A stretch of DNA of 64,000 nucleotides from Candidatus Bathyarchaeia archaeon (GCA_050012255.1 JBEKHN010000002.1:32001-96000), one strand, 5' to 3'. Counted from the stretch's first letter, positions 8,997-20,226 are shown. Translations and numbers: made by a program. Notes: generated by a model not told the origin, from the letters alone.

Positions 8997-11111
8997 TCAT
9001 TGCTTCACGGTTTTTTGATCAAGCTTCTCGAATTCGAATCGTGACAGCTTCAACAGTGCAGAGTTGCTGACCACTGTGAGAGAGCTGATTGCCATTGCTC
9101 CTGCCGCGAACATTGGGTTCAGCAATCCGATGGCGGCTACTGGGATCATGACCGTGTTGTATATGAATGCCCAGAACAGGTTGGTGTTGATTTTCATCAT
9201 TGTTTTTTTGCTTAGCTCTACCCCGAGCGCCACATCTCGCAAGTCATCTTTTATCAGCACTATGCCGCCTGTTTCCTTCGCGATGTCGGTTCCGCTTCCT
9301 ATGGCTATGCCAATGTCTGCTTGAGCTAGTGCTGGAGCATCGTTTATGCCGTCGCCGACCATTGCCACTGTTTTCCCTTCTGCTTGCAGCTTCTTGATCG
9401 CGTTAACCTTCTCCCACGGCAGAACGTTGGCTATCACTTGGTCTATTCCTGCTTGTTTTCCAATTGCTCTTCCCGTCCTTTCGTTGTCGCCTGTCAGGAT
9501 AATCACTTCTAGCCCCAAGCTCTTCAACTTGCTAACGGCCTCGATTGCATGGTCCTTGAGAGTGTCCATGGCTGCAACTACGCCCGCGGGTCCGCGGTTA
9601 ACGGCAAGGATCATCACTGTCTTGCCTTGCTCCTCCAGCCTCTGGAGATCTGGCTCCAGTGGTTCAACTGAAACATTCTCACTCTGCATGAGTTTCCGAT
9701 TTCCAAGAAGTATGACCTTGTTTTCATAAGTGCACTTTACTCCCTGTCCGGGAACTGCCTCGAATGATTCTACGTCAGGAATGTTAGGCGCAATCTGTTG
9801 GGCTTTGTTGAGTATTGCCTCTGCCAGTGGGTGTTCAGAGCTCTTCTCAGCTATGGCAGCAAGTTTCAGCACGTCTTTTTCAGTGTAGTCATTGTACGTT
9901 AGTACGTCAGTGACTGATGGTTCTCCTTTCGTCAGCGTTCCGGTCTTGTCAAACACAACCGTTTTCAGTTTTCTAGCTCTCTCAACGTACTCGCCGCTAC
10001 GGAGCAGCACACCATATTCTGCGCCTTTGCCCACTCCCGCCAATATAGCCGTGGGAGTTGCGATGCCCAAGGCACATGGACAGGCGATGAGCAATACCGC
10101 GAGCAGCGCGAAGAAGGCGGCTGAGAATCCGCTTGCGATGTACCAGTAAGCAAAGGAGACTGCCGCAACAGAGAAAACTATGGGCACGAATTTCCCGACA
10201 ACCCGATCCGCAAATCTCTGAACAGGCGCACTTGAGGCCTGCGCTTCCTCAACGAGATGCACAATCTGAGCGAGCGCTGTCTGTTCTCCGACCTTCGTTG
10301 CCTTGATCCTGAGGAGCCCAGTTTTGTTCATTGTTGCGCCTATGACTTCGCTTCCAACATCCTTCTCAACGGGTATGCTCTCGCCGGTGATGATTTTCTC
10401 ATCAACCGAAGAGTATCCTGATATCACAACTCCGTCTGTTGGTATTTTTTCGCCAGGCTTCACTATCAGAATGTCGTTTGCCTGTACTTCATCGATCGGA
10501 ACTTCGATTTCTTTTCCGTCTTTGAGGACTCTGGCCGTTGTCGGTTGAAGTTCAAGCAGTTTCCGGATGGAGGCGGCTGACCTTCTGCGTATACTTTCTT
10601 CGATGTACTTCCCCAAGAGAACAAAAGCCAGTATGCCAACGGATATCTCTAGATATCCTTCTCCTCCACTGGCTGCGCTGGGGAAGAAAGCGTATGCCGC
10701 GCCGTAGGTCCATCCTGCCACTACTCCTGCAGATATCAACACATCCATGTTGACCGCACGGTTTCTGAGGGAACGGTAGGCTCCTACGATGATGCTGCGA
10801 CCAGCCCACCACACGACAGGAGTTGATACGATGAAAAGCGCTAATTCGTAGACTTTGAGCCCGCCAATGAGGGTGGAAGACATCAACACGGCCACAATGC
10901 TGAACAAGGCTAGCACTCGGAGTCCAGCCACAGCGACTACGCCTGCGAGCGTGATCGCGACCCTTCGCTTCATTGCCTTCAACTCTCGTTCGGGCTGCTC
11001 GTAGATGTCGGCGCATGATTGACTGCAGAAGTAATACGTGCGGTCTCCAATCTTCTTCTTGATCGCCTTGCCTTTGTCTACGTCCATACCGCACACGGGG
11101 TCTCTTGGCAA
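8997..11111 (-). CDS. copA: Cu(I)-exporting P1B-1 ATPase with N-terminal YHS/TRASH domain
   Basis: TGES, CPC, DKTGT, SEHP, GDGIND, YN and MxxSS motifs. Confidence 0.92.
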   Translation of the reverse strand: MPRDPVCGMDVDKGKAIKKKIGDRTYYFCSQSCADIYEQPERELKAMKRRVAITLAGVVAVAGLRVLALFSIVAVLMSSTLIGGLKVYELALFIVSTPVVWWAGRSIIVGAYRSLRNRAVNMDVLISAGVVAGWTYGAAYAFFPSAASGGEGYLEISVGILAFVLLGKYIEESIRRRSAASIRKLLELQPTTARVLKDGKEIEVPIDEVQANDILIVKPGEKIPTDGVVISGYSSVDEKIITGESIPVEKDVGSEVIGATMNKTGLLRIKATKVGEQTALAQIVHLVEEAQASSAPVQRFADRVVGKFVPIVFSVAAVSFAYWYIASGFSAAFFALLAVLLIACPCALGIATPTAILAGVGKGAEYGVLLRSGEYVERARKLKTVVFDKTGTLTKGEPSVTDVLTYNDYTEKDVLKLAAIAEKSSEHPLAEAILNKAQQIAPNIPDVESFEAVPGQGVKCTYENKVILLGNRKLMQSENVSVEPLEPDLQRLEEQGKTVMILAVNRGPAGVVAAMDTLKDHAIEAVSKLKSLGLEVIILTGDNERTGRAIGKQAGIDQVIANVLPWEKVNAIKKLQAEGKTVAMVGDGINDAPALAQADIGIAIGSGTDIAKETGGIVLIKDDLRDVALGVELSKKTMMKINTNLFWAFIYNTVMIPVAAIGLLNPMFAAGAMAISSLTVVSNSALLKLSRFEFEKLDQKTVKQ

Positions 11112-11166
11112 GATTTTCTCCTCGATTATGATATTTGTAATCGGTTGTAGATGCCGAAGTATTTAA

Positions 11167-11187
11167 ATATATCTTTTTCAGATATAT
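11167..11187. promoter_or_regulatory. Putative operator ATATATC-N7-GATATAT
   Basis: Perfect inverted repeat adjoining a TTTAAATA box between divergent copA and PadR genes. Confidence 0.6.
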
Positions 11188-11213
11188 GTTTTAAAGATAC
11201 GTCTGGTGAATAC

Positions 11214-11666
11214 ATGTCTAGCAAGGAAATAGACGAAATTGTGTCGGACTTCTCGCGCTTCTATATCCTGACCATTCTATACGAAGGACCGCAGCATGGC
11301 TACAGTATCATCAGCAAATTCAGAAAAAGGATAGGCAAGGAGATCAGCCCAAGCTTAGTGTATCCGTTCCTAAGTCAACTTGAGAAAAAAGGCCTTGTGG
11401 AACACTCGTTAAAGCCGGTCGGCGAGAAAAAGAAGAAAGTCTTCGAATTGACGAAAAAGGGCACGGAGCTCTGCAAGCAATTGTTCAAGCGTTTCTCAGC
11501 TCTCGTTTCAGTTGCCATCGAACCAAACCTAGAAGTGTGTGCGAGCTGCGGCTGCAAAGTGTACCAAGGCGGACACAGAGAGATCATCCATGGGAAGGAA
11601 ATGACCTTCTGTTGCGTGCATTGCGCGGCATCTTACAAAAGAGAAGTGCCGAGAAAATCTATCTAA
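11214..11666 (+). CDS. PadR-family regulator with C-terminal TRASH domain
   Basis: GPQHGY..SLVYPFL..LEKKG wHTH followed by CASCG..FCCVHC. ATG 11214 follows GGTGA. Confidence 0.85.
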   Translation: MSSKEIDEIVSDFSRFYILTILYEGPQHGYSIISKFRKRIGKEISPSLVYPFLSQLEKKGLVEHSLKPVGEKKKKVFELTKKGTELCKQLFKRFSALVSVAIEPNLEVCASCGCKVYQGGHREIIHGKEMTFCCVHCAASYKREVPRKSI

Positions 11667-11719
11667 ATCCCATAGCAGAATCACCTTAGCAAATGTAATC
11701 TATTAAGAAAAATCGGTTT

Positions 11720-12277
11720 TTACGCTTTGAACCATTTGAATATTACGTATTTTGTCTTTGTTTTCTCTGAGTTGGGCACTGCGATTATGAATCTCTTTCT
11801 AACGGTGGTCGCGAGTCTTCCGGCCTTGACTATTTCGGTGGCTGTCATCTCGGATTTGGCTTTTTTGACTGAGACCATGTAGGGGGCGTGTTCGACTCCT
11901 GGGCCGTGCTTGTAAACGGCGAAGTCGCAGCCAAACTTTATGCCGGGTGTGACGATTAGCTGGCTGTCTCTTAGGTCGCGGTAGACGGTGTACTTGTCGT
12001 CAAACTCTTCGTACAGCCGCTTGGCCACCTGGCGGAGCTTTCTTGGGCCGACTTTGATTTTTTTGGGGCCTTCGTGCACCGTTATGATGCCTTCTTCAAC
12101 CAGGTAGAGGCCTTCCATCAGGTCTAGAATGAGTGGAACGTTGAATTCTGGGATCTTGGGTTTGGCGATTCCGAGGGGTTTGCCGTAGAACCCTTTTCTG
12201 TAGAGTTCTGAGCCGTCTGTGGGGTTCCATACTACTAAGAAGTTTTCAATCAGTTCTACGCTTATTTTCTTGGGCAT
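11720..12277 (-). CDS. endA: tRNA-splicing endonuclease, catalytic subunit
   Basis: GIKFGCDFAVY..EH..TVRK triad and the GFYGKPLGIAKPK loop. Confidence 0.92.
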   Translation of the reverse strand: MPKKISVELIENFLVVWNPTDGSELYRKGFYGKPLGIAKPKIPEFNVPLILDLMEGLYLVEEGIITVHEGPKKIKVGPRKLRQVAKRLYEEFDDKYTVYRDLRDSQLIVTPGIKFGCDFAVYKHGPGVEHAPYMVSVKKAKSEMTATEIVKAGRLATTVRKRFIIAVPNSEKTKTKYVIFKWFKA

Positions 12278-12291
12278 CAGCTTGTTCGCCT

Positions 12292-12969
12292 TTACATCAT
12301 GAAGGAAAGGATTCGCACAGCGTCAGCCGCGTCTTCTGCTTTGTCTGCAGAATCCTCAAGAAGCTGCAGCACGTCTCTTAATAGTATTAAGGCGGGGAAG
12401 TCCATTTTGCTGCTGAGGAGTCTTATCTCGAGTTCGCGGTAGATCTCATCGACCTTTTGTTCGGCGATCTCAACGTCTTTGGCTTTTTCCATAGTTTTGC
12501 TTGCACCGTAGTTTAGGACCATCACTGTTTCTTTGAGCTTCACAATTGTCTCCAAAACGGCTTCTGAGAGCGTCAGCAGTTCCTTCTTTATGTCCGTGGG
12601 GACCTTCCAGTTGTGGTTCGTGATTTCGTTCAGTCGGAAGGCTATGCCCTCTGAGAAGTCTGCGATTTCGCTCGTTAGGTTAGTGAACCTTAAGAAATCT
12701 TCTCTGCTGAACAGGATGGCTCCTATTTCAGCCAGCTCCTGTGAGACTAGTCTTCTTGCCTTGTCAACCTCGTCTTCGCCGCTTCTAATTTCGCTGAAGA
12801 GCTGTTTTGCTCCGTCCTTGTCGTTCTTGTTGAAACAGTCTATCATCTGGGGAACCTTTCTGGTAACGTCTACGACTTTGCGCAGATGGTCTTGACAGAC
12901 GTTGAGCGCTCTGCGTTTTACTCGTTCTTCTGTTTCTGCTGGAAGGACCAAGTTTTTTCCCGCCCGCAA
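12292..12969 (-). CDS. DUF47/PhoU-like phosphate transport regulator
   Basis: Repeated E.EVD..R, REDF and D.AEDAAD helical motifs. Confidence 0.8.
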   Translation of the reverse strand: MRAGKNLVLPAETEERVKRRALNVCQDHLRKVVDVTRKVPQMIDCFNKNDKDGAKQLFSEIRSGEDEVDKARRLVSQELAEIGAILFSREDFLRFTNLTSEIADFSEGIAFRLNEITNHNWKVPTDIKKELLTLSEAVLETIVKLKETVMVLNYGASKTMEKAKDVEIAEQKVDEIYRELEIRLLSSKMDFPALILLRDVLQLLEDSADKAEDAADAVRILSFMM

Positions 12970-13035
12970 AATAGGGCACTTTCTTCTATCCTTAGATGTG
13001 CTGAAGTCTTAAAAAAGTTAGCGAAACAAGAGTTT

Positions 13036-14817
13036 TCAAACGGGTTTGCCTAGCTGTTCAAATTCCATTATTCCCCTGAAATATCCGTGCAGAAACGTTT
13101 TCAGGTCCGAAATACGTGTTCTAACTTGTTTCCACGAGTCACGGTCACGGATCGTAACAGTGTCATCGCTCAGCGTGTCGTAATCAACCGTGATGCCCAG
13201 TTGCGCTCCAACTTCGTCTGCACGGGCGTATCTTCTGCCAATAGAGCCTGCCTCATCATACTCCGCTATAAAGCCTTCATCAATCAGCATCTTGTGCACT
13301 TCCAAAGCCTTCTGGGGCAGTTTGTCCTTGCTTATGAGAGGGTAGACTCCAACCTGAATAGGCGCAATGTCACGCGGGAAACTCAGCATCGCCCTGCCGT
13401 CCTTAACCCGATAGGCATACTCAAGAGCTACGTACAGAAGCCTGTCTGAGCCAAAACTGGGCTCAACGACATGAGGAATGAAATGTCTTCCACGCTCTAC
13501 GGTTTTTTCGCGTTGAACGTCAACGTGTTCAGGTAGGATCTTGTATTTTCCAAGCATGTAGTGGCCGTTCCTCTTCAAGGATGCTTCGAGTTCTTGTGGA
13601 TCGGCTTTTAACAGTTCTTCCGCAACTTTTGCTGCTTCTCCTTTGAAGCTTGGTCCAAGTTTAGCCATGATGGGTTTTATGGCAAGGTGTTCCCTCTCAA
13701 CTGGCTTTTCGTATTCCTTGAAAACTTGCATGTCCTGACCGCTGTGTTCCATGTGACTTTTGAGGTCGTAGTCCGTTCTGTCAGCGTGCCCAGAGACTTC
13801 AACCCAGCCCCATCGTTCAACCAGAACCTGCTGGTCGAAGGTTTGGCGCGCATAATGGGCCTTTTCCCACGGCAGCTTTTCGATGAACCTTTGTTTCTCC
13901 GCTGGAACACCAAGTTCGACCAAGAGTCTCTTAGCATATGCCATGAAGGTTGCATGCCACCCCGACTGGATAATACCTCTTTTCAACGCATCTCCCACCG
14001 TGGCTTCCGTGATGTCTTCTGAACCTTTCTGTCTTGTTTCTGCCAGAAGAATCCGAAGCTTTTCGTCTTCAACATCTTTCAAGAGATAACAGTTGGGTTC
14101 TTCAGGGTCGAAGAAAAATTCCAAGTCTGCTATCGTGAATTCTCTCACTCTTATCAGGCCCTGTCTGGGTGAGATTTCGTTTCTTAAGACGTGCCCTATC
14201 TGGAGGACGCCGAAGGGAAGCTTTTCTCGTGCCATTCCGTACAGGCGATTGAATTCTACGAATATGCCCTGCGCGGCTTCCGGTCTTCCGTAACCCACAG
14301 CTTTTGAATATGGGCCTATGGTGGTTTTGAACATCGTTAGGAAAGTCTCTGCTTTGCCGAAGACGCCGCCGCAGTCTGGACATTTAATCTTGTTCCTCTT
14401 GATCGCTTCGTCAATCTCGGTTAAACTTAGTTTTTCAGCATCTGTCTCACTCATCTTCGCAAATTCCTCGAGCAAGTGGTCTGCACGGAATCTTTTGTCA
14501 CACTTAGTGCATTCAACGAGGGGTTCTTTGAAGTGGGTGATGTGGCCTGAGGCTTCGAAAACCTCTGCTGGAGCGATCACAGGTGATTCGATCTCCAAGA
14601 CTCCGAGTTTGTTCACGAAAAGCTCTCGCAGTTTCTTCTCGATGTTTTGTTTCAGCCTTGCACCCAATGGACCGTAGGTTACGAAACCGCTTACGCCGCC
14701 GTAGATCTCGTATGATTGCCAGAAAAAGCCGCGTCGCCGTGCAAGTTCGTTGATGATCGTGAACTTGTCTGGGGCTTTCTCACCTTTCATTTCCTCAGCC
14801 TCCTCTAAAGTAAACAT
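13036..14817 (-). CDS. glyS: Glycine--tRNA ligase (alpha2 type)
   Basis: RPEAAQG, RNEISPRQGLIRVREF, AHYA and EPSFG motifs. Confidence 0.95.
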   Translation of the reverse strand: MFTLEEAEEMKGEKAPDKFTIINELARRRGFFWQSYEIYGGVSGFVTYGPLGARLKQNIEKKLRELFVNKLGVLEIESPVIAPAEVFEASGHITHFKEPLVECTKCDKRFRADHLLEEFAKMSETDAEKLSLTEIDEAIKRNKIKCPDCGGVFGKAETFLTMFKTTIGPYSKAVGYGRPEAAQGIFVEFNRLYGMAREKLPFGVLQIGHVLRNEISPRQGLIRVREFTIADLEFFFDPEEPNCYLLKDVEDEKLRILLAETRQKGSEDITEATVGDALKRGIIQSGWHATFMAYAKRLLVELGVPAEKQRFIEKLPWEKAHYARQTFDQQVLVERWGWVEVSGHADRTDYDLKSHMEHSGQDMQVFKEYEKPVEREHLAIKPIMAKLGPSFKGEAAKVAEELLKADPQELEASLKRNGHYMLGKYKILPEHVDVQREKTVERGRHFIPHVVEPSFGSDRLLYVALEYAYRVKDGRAMLSFPRDIAPIQVGVYPLISKDKLPQKALEVHKMLIDEGFIAEYDEAGSIGRRYARADEVGAQLGITVDYDTLSDDTVTIRDRDSWKQVRTRISDLKTFLHGYFRGIMEFEQLGKPV

Positions 14818-14921
14818 CTCAGAAACATTAACCTTACTAACCTGCGTATTCTGGAAAACAGAAATTGTGGGGACAAAACTTAACTTCGTTGATGACGTAA
14901 AAAAGACGATTGGTGAATCGT

Positions 14922-15965
14922 ATGCCTGCAGAGGTTAAGCTTCTCGAAAAATTATCAAATGCCTTCGGGCCTTCTGGAAACGAGGAAGATGTGACTGAGA
15001 TTCTGAAGAAAGAGCTCAAAGGATACGCTGATGAAACGCATATCGATAAGCTTGGGAACGCACTTTTCTACCACCACGGGAAAAAGGGCTATCCTAAGAT
15101 CATGCTTTCAGCTCACATGGACGAGGTCGGCTTCATAATCACATTCATAGAGGAAAATGGCTTTCTACGTTTTGACATACTCGGAGGCATAACCAACAAC
15201 ATCATGCCTGGACAGAGGATACTCTTCAGGGGAGACAAAGGCTACCTTAAGGGAATCGTAGGAACTAAGCCTCCTCACATTATGACGCCTGAAGAACAGA
15301 ACAAGATAATACCCAAAGAAGATCTTTTCATCGACATAGGCGCTGAGAGTCTCTCTCAGGCGCAGGGAAAGGGCGCAGACGTAGGGACCATGGGCGTCTT
15401 CGACGTAGAGTTCGCAGACTTGGGAGATGGATACTTTAGGGGCAAGGCGCTTGATGACAGAGCTGGGTGCACCGTCCTTGCAGAAGTATTCAAGACTCTG
15501 AAAGACTCCCCTTACAACGTTGTTGCCGTCGGATCGGTCCAGGAAGAACTCGGGATGAGAGGGGCAAGAACTGCAGCTTGGCAGGTAGACCCCGACTATG
15601 GGCTCGCTGTGGAGGGAACCTTCGTGGCAGACGTTCCAGGCACGAGGCCAGACAGAGTTTCCTCCAAGATCAAGGGCGGCCCTGTTGTAACAATAATGGA
15701 CAGAACAGCTTTTACGCATCCTCATGTTCTCAAGGCATTGATCAAGGCCGCGAAGCAGAAGCCGATACCTTTCCAGTTCAAGAAGGTGCCGGTGGGCGGA
15801 ACAGATGCGGGTGCGATCCATCTCACGCGGGCAGGTGTGCCGAGCGGAACCGTGGCCGTGCCCTGCAGGTATATTCATGGACTGGCCTCAATCATCCACG
15901 CTGACGATCTGCGGAACACCATAAGACTGGTAACAGAGTTTGTGAAAACGATATCCGTAAGATAA
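14922..15965 (+). CDS. M42 (TET) aminopeptidase
   Basis: AHMDEVG, LDDRAG, QEELG, GGTDAG and RYIH motifs. Confidence 0.92.
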   Translation: MPAEVKLLEKLSNAFGPSGNEEDVTEILKKELKGYADETHIDKLGNALFYHHGKKGYPKIMLSAHMDEVGFIITFIEENGFLRFDILGGITNNIMPGQRILFRGDKGYLKGIVGTKPPHIMTPEEQNKIIPKEDLFIDIGAESLSQAQGKGADVGTMGVFDVEFADLGDGYFRGKALDDRAGCTVLAEVFKTLKDSPYNVVAVGSVQEELGMRGARTAAWQVDPDYGLAVEGTFVADVPGTRPDRVSSKIKGGPVVTIMDRTAFTHPHVLKALIKAAKQKPIPFQFKKVPVGGTDAGAIHLTRAGVPSGTVAVPCRYIHGLASIIHADDLRNTIRLVTEFVKTISVR

Positions 15966-16069
15966 GCCGGTGTCAAGTTTTTGGACAGAGCATCTGCAAT
16001 ATGCGGAAGAGACAGCGTAGGCTTTTTTAAGATACTCCATGTAAAAGCTTTCCAGTAAGGTGTCAGGGT

Positions 16070-17131
16070 TTGTCAAAGATAAGAGTGGCCGTAGTCGGGG
16101 TCGGCAACTGCGCGTCAGCCTTGATGCAAGGGTTGCAATACTACGGCAACTGCGTCAAAGAGGCAGAATGTATTGGCTTGCGAAACGCTGTTTTGGGCGG
16201 TTTTCGCCCGAATGATGTTGAAATCGTTGCCGCTTTCGACATTGACGACCGAAAAGTCGGGAAAGACCTGTCTGAGGCTGTTTTTGCCCAGCCTAACAAT
16301 GCTCCGAAGCTGGCTGATGTGCCACCTTCTAACGTTATCGTCAACAAAGGGCCCGTTCTGGACGGTGTGGGGGAGTACACGAGACATGTTGTTCACGTGA
16401 GCAGCCACGATGACGCGAACGTTGCTATGGTTCTAAAGGAAAGTGACGCGGAAATTGTGCTGGACTTGCTTCCGTCTGGCGCCGTGAAGGCTTCTCAGTG
16501 GTATGCCGAGCAATCACTGTTATCGGGTTGCGCGTTGGTTAACGTGACGCCCAATTTCATCGCTAGCGATGCTTCATGGGCCCAAAAGTTTGAAACGGCT
16601 GAGCTTCCACTAGTGGGTGATGACCTAGTGGACCAAGTGGGCGCGACCACTCTGCACAAAACTTTGCTCAACCTTCTTTCGATGAACGGCGTCCGAGTCA
16701 CCGAAACGTACCAGCTTGACGTCGGCGGAGGCACGGAGTCTTTGGACACGTTGGAGCGAACAAAAGATGTTAAACGCGTTGTCAAGACAAAGTCTGTTGA
16801 GGCTGCGTTGCCTTACTCCGCGGCGGTTGTAGCTGGGTCCACAGACTACGTTGACTTTCTGCAGAACAAGCGAGACAGCTACTTCTGGATCAAGGGGTTG
16901 TACTTCTGCAACGTGCCAATGCAGATGGATTTGAAGCTCTCGACGGTCGACGGGCCGAATGCCGGTTCGGTGCTGCTGGACGTGATAAGAGCTGTCAGGG
17001 TGGCCGAGGAAAGAAAACTGAAAGGCTCAATACTGCCAATCTGTGCGTACGCTTTCAAGCATCCGCCTCAACTCTTGTCCCTTGAAGCTGCCGAGAAGTT
17101 GTTTGCCGACTTCATTGCGGGCGAGGCCTGA
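16070..17131 (+). CDS. ino1: Myo-inositol-1-phosphate synthase family protein
   Basis: VGVGNCASAL, GDDL..QVGAT, YQLDVGG, DGPNAG and FKHPP motifs. Confidence 0.85.
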   Translation: MSKIRVAVVGVGNCASALMQGLQYYGNCVKEAECIGLRNAVLGGFRPNDVEIVAAFDIDDRKVGKDLSEAVFAQPNNAPKLADVPPSNVIVNKGPVLDGVGEYTRHVVHVSSHDDANVAMVLKESDAEIVLDLLPSGAVKASQWYAEQSLLSGCALVNVTPNFIASDASWAQKFETAELPLVGDDLVDQVGATTLHKTLLNLLSMNGVRVTETYQLDVGGGTESLDTLERTKDVKRVVKTKSVEAALPYSAAVVAGSTDYVDFLQNKRDSYFWIKGLYFCNVPMQMDLKLSTVDGPNAGSVLLDVIRAVRVAEERKLKGSILPICAYAFKHPPQLLSLEAAEKLFADFIAGEA

Positions 17132-17141
17132 GACAAAACTC

Positions 17142-18290
17142 TCACTTTTTCACAAGTCTCTGTAGTTCCTGAAGGGTCTTCTTCTTGACTCCAGTTTTCT
17201 TCAGCCTTTTTTTCAGCAACAGTATCGTTCTAACAGGCGTCGGGTCTATGCCTCGCAGCACAGCGAGGTACACGCTTGTGAAGTCTCCGACGCATATTAC
17301 AGACGACATTCTGGTTAGGTTGCTCTTGCCGCTGCTCCACACTTCGAACAGTTTGACTCCCTCCTTGCCGATTATTTCCTTGGTGACTTCGATTCTCTCC
17401 CTTATCTCCTTCGGCTCCTCAGCGTCGCGGATGAAGATTACGGAAAAGAGTTTTGCGAATTCCCTCGCTGCCTCCCAGCCTACGATCTCGTTGTGGTTGA
17501 GTTCTGGAAAAGATTCCCACTTTGCCGGGTTCTTGCTGTTTTCGTTGAACTGTGTCTTGAGGCGCTGGGCAACAGCTCGGTAGAATCCAAAACCGTAAAC
17601 TGTCGGAACTGTTCCGTTGACGTTTGACGCCAGCTTCTTAGACAAGTTGTCGCTCAACGGTCTTTCAGGAGAATTCTCTGAGCTAACCTGCTTCAGCACT
17701 CTTACAGTCTCAGAGAACTCGGTGTCCACGCCTGGTGCTAGCCCCATTTTCTCCAAGATCCCGATTAAAGGCATGAACAGGTACGGCAGAGTTGCGCGCG
17801 GAGCCATTCCGCTGGGTACAAGCAGATGAGGGATGCTGAGTTTTTCGGCGAACTCTGTTAGTGCTCCACCTGAGCTTATGCAGATTATCATGCATTTCCT
17901 CTTGAGAGCTTCCAGAAACACGCTTAAGGTCTCTTCAGTTTCTCCTGAGTAGCTTGTGGTAAACACCAGCGTGTTCTTGTTCGCATAAGAAGGCAGATGG
18001 TACTCTCTGCACACGTCAACCGGCACGGCCAATCTGTCTCGAGCCCAGTCTTTCAGAAGCTCTCCGCCGATGGCTGATCCGCCCATGCCGGCCACGATTA
18101 TAGCTTCAGGCTTGAGATAGCTAATTTTGAATTGACTAGCCAATCTAGCAGCGTTTCCATAGTGCTTGGGCGCTTCGACGCAGAAAGAGAGCATGTCACT
18201 CTTGTCAATTTTCTTGATTTCATCTATGCTATCCAAAATCTTTAGCTTTGACAACTGCTCACTACCGCTCTGATACGCCGTCAAGACCAT
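17142..18290 (-). CDS. Bifunctional phosphoglucose/phosphomannose isomerase
   Basis: GMGGSAIGG, SYSGETEET, NENSK and PELNHNE motifs. Start uncertain. Confidence 0.9.
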   Translation of the reverse strand: MVLTAYQSGSEQLSKLKILDSIDEIKKIDKSDMLSFCVEAPKHYGNAARLASQFKISYLKPEAIIVAGMGGSAIGGELLKDWARDRLAVPVDVCREYHLPSYANKNTLVFTTSYSGETEETLSVFLEALKRKCMIICISSGGALTEFAEKLSIPHLLVPSGMAPRATLPYLFMPLIGILEKMGLAPGVDTEFSETVRVLKQVSSENSPERPLSDNLSKKLASNVNGTVPTVYGFGFYRAVAQRLKTQFNENSKNPAKWESFPELNHNEIVGWEAAREFAKLFSVIFIRDAEEPKEIRERIEVTKEIIGKEGVKLFEVWSSGKSNLTRMSSVICVGDFTSVYLAVLRGIDPTPVRTILLLKKRLKKTGVKKKTLQELQRLVKK

Positions 18291-18362
18291 ATCACACGTT
18301 CAGCTTTTAAACCAAATGCACAATAACACCCTTTCAACGCGCATGGCCAAAAGAGAGCTTGG

Positions 18363-19223
18363 TTGAACATGAAGAAGCTGTCCATAGCTATTCCCGCTTC
18401 GGTTGTCTCGGACACTCCGCATCTGCGTGAAAAGACGTCCAAGATAGGTCTCATTGGAAGAGCAGCCGCCATTTTCAGAGTCAATGAGATCATAATCTAC
18501 CCGGATTGTCCTGGTGTCGACCAGAGGTCCGACGTGGACCTGGTTGCGACTTTGGTCGCTTACATGGAGACGCCGCAGTATCTTCGGAAAACGCTGTTCA
18601 AGCTGAAGCCAATTCTCCAGTATGCGGGAATACTTCCACCGTTGCGCACACTGCATCATCCACTTAACCGCCGAAGCAAGGATCTGAAGGTCGGCGAATA
18701 CCGGGAAGGAGTAGCCCTGTCAAAAACAAGAGAGGGCACCCTCGTAGACATCGGTGTTGAGTCGCCTGCGCTGGTGATGAACTCGCAGTTGGCTGCTGGT
18801 AGACGCGTCACGGTGAGAATTGTGAGGACTGGCAAACCTGTGAAGGCTGAGCTGGTGAATCGTGATGCGGTGCCCACTTATTGGGGCTATTCGGTCACTG
18901 TGGAAAAGCATTGCTTTGGGGAAATTGTCAAGAGTGGTGATTTCGACTTGACGATAGCCACGTCGAAGTATGGTTTGCCGTTTGCTCAGGTTGCAGGGCA
19001 GATCGTTGAAGAATGGGTTCGAGCGAGCAGCGTTCTCTTGGCTTTCGGTGCCCCAGCCCTTGGGTTGAATGAGATCGTTGCGCGTGAAGGGCTTCGTTTA
19101 GAAGACATTGTCGATTTTGTGGTCAACACTATTCCATCGCAGGGAACTGAAACCGTAAGGACTGAGGAAGCACTCATTGCTTCTTTGGCAGTTTTCAACA
19201 TCACTTTGACAGCTAGGATGTGA
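18363..19223 (+). CDS. SPOUT RNA methyltransferase (DUF171 type)
   Basis: ETPQYLRK, GILPPL and NTIPSQGTETVRTEEA motifs. Confidence 0.88.
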   Translation: MNMKKLSIAIPASVVSDTPHLREKTSKIGLIGRAAAIFRVNEIIIYPDCPGVDQRSDVDLVATLVAYMETPQYLRKTLFKLKPILQYAGILPPLRTLHHPLNRRSKDLKVGEYREGVALSKTREGTLVDIGVESPALVMNSQLAAGRRVTVRIVRTGKPVKAELVNRDAVPTYWGYSVTVEKHCFGEIVKSGDFDLTIATSKYGLPFAQVAGQIVEEWVRASSVLLAFGAPALGLNEIVAREGLRLEDIVDFVVNTIPSQGTETVRTEEALIASLAVFNITLTARM

Positions 19224-19308
19224 CTTCAAAACAGGTCCAACTGGCTGAGGCAGAAAAGCGGGTTGCTGGGACAAAGGGATAAATGTTCGTTCTTCTAATG
19301 TTGGGTGC

Positions 19309-20184
19309 ATGTATTTCGACATCACGATGCCGTTGACACTCTTCGCGGTTACCCTTGTGGCGTTGTTTGCGAATCAGAAGACTGAGGGCAAGCTGAAAGA
19401 GAATCTGCAGGAGAGGCAGATGGGTGTTTGGGACGCTGCTCTGCTGGTCGGTGTGATGTCCGTTATGATATATCTGATCGTCTTCGTCAGAGAGATAACT
19501 TACGTTCTGATGGTGTTGTATCTGTTCGCTTATTCGATGCTTCTTTTCACTTTTACGTACCTGTTTTCAAAGAGTCGTTGGTACTTGGGCATTTTGCCTC
19601 CGGCAGTCTTCATTCTGTTATACGTTTTTTTAGGTGTTCTTCGAGACGATCCATTGTGGACCTATTATTTAGCCAACATTTTTGGCCTGGTCTTTGCGGT
19701 GCTTATTACTCTTTACCTTGTAGGTCTGTTCACGTGGAAAACCACGGCAATTTTCGGCGTTCTGATAACCGTTATGGACATAATTCTGGTCCTGGTCACT
19801 CGAACTATGGTCGAAGCTGCCAAGGTTGCTGTAGGTCTTAAACTTCCTGTGATGGTCTCGCTTCCCTTGATTCCACCGGCGTCTGAGTTGGGCGTTTCGA
19901 TGATGAGTCTGGGTTTAGGCGACTTCTTCTTCGCCGGGTTGTTGGGCATACAGACCTTCAAGAAATACGGCAAACGATTCGCAATTGTTTGTGCGGCGGC
20001 GATGACTGTTTCTTTCTTTAGTTTCGAAACAGCCTTGCTGAACTATTGGCGAATCCCGTTTGCGGGTACGTTGATGATCATCTGTGGATGGGCGCCCCTA
20101 GTGATTTGGAAACAGTTGACAGTGAGAAAATCAACTGTGCCAGAATTGAGGACTCCAGCTGTGAGACAAATAACCAGTGGTTAG
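19309..20184 (+). CDS. GxGD intramembrane aspartyl protease (presenilin/SPP-like)
   Basis: Multi-TM with MDIILV and LGLGDF aspartates. Confidence 0.75.
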   Translation: MYFDITMPLTLFAVTLVALFANQKTEGKLKENLQERQMGVWDAALLVGVMSVMIYLIVFVREITYVLMVLYLFAYSMLLFTFTYLFSKSRWYLGILPPAVFILLYVFLGVLRDDPLWTYYLANIFGLVFAVLITLYLVGLFTWKTTAIFGVLITVMDIILVLVTRTMVEAAKVAVGLKLPVMVSLPLIPPASELGVSMMSLGLGDFFFAGLLGIQTFKKYGKRFAIVCAAAMTVSFFSFETALLNYWRIPFAGTLMIICGWAPLVIWKQLTVRKSTVPELRTPAVRQITSG

Positions 20185-20226
20185 AACTGGAATTTCAGAT
20201 AACAACGTGGAAAAGTTGAGATGTGT

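Noticed and set aside
15165-15878. Long antisense ORFs (also 28371, 52417, 22228 and others)
   Set aside because: Shadow frames of well-supported genes.
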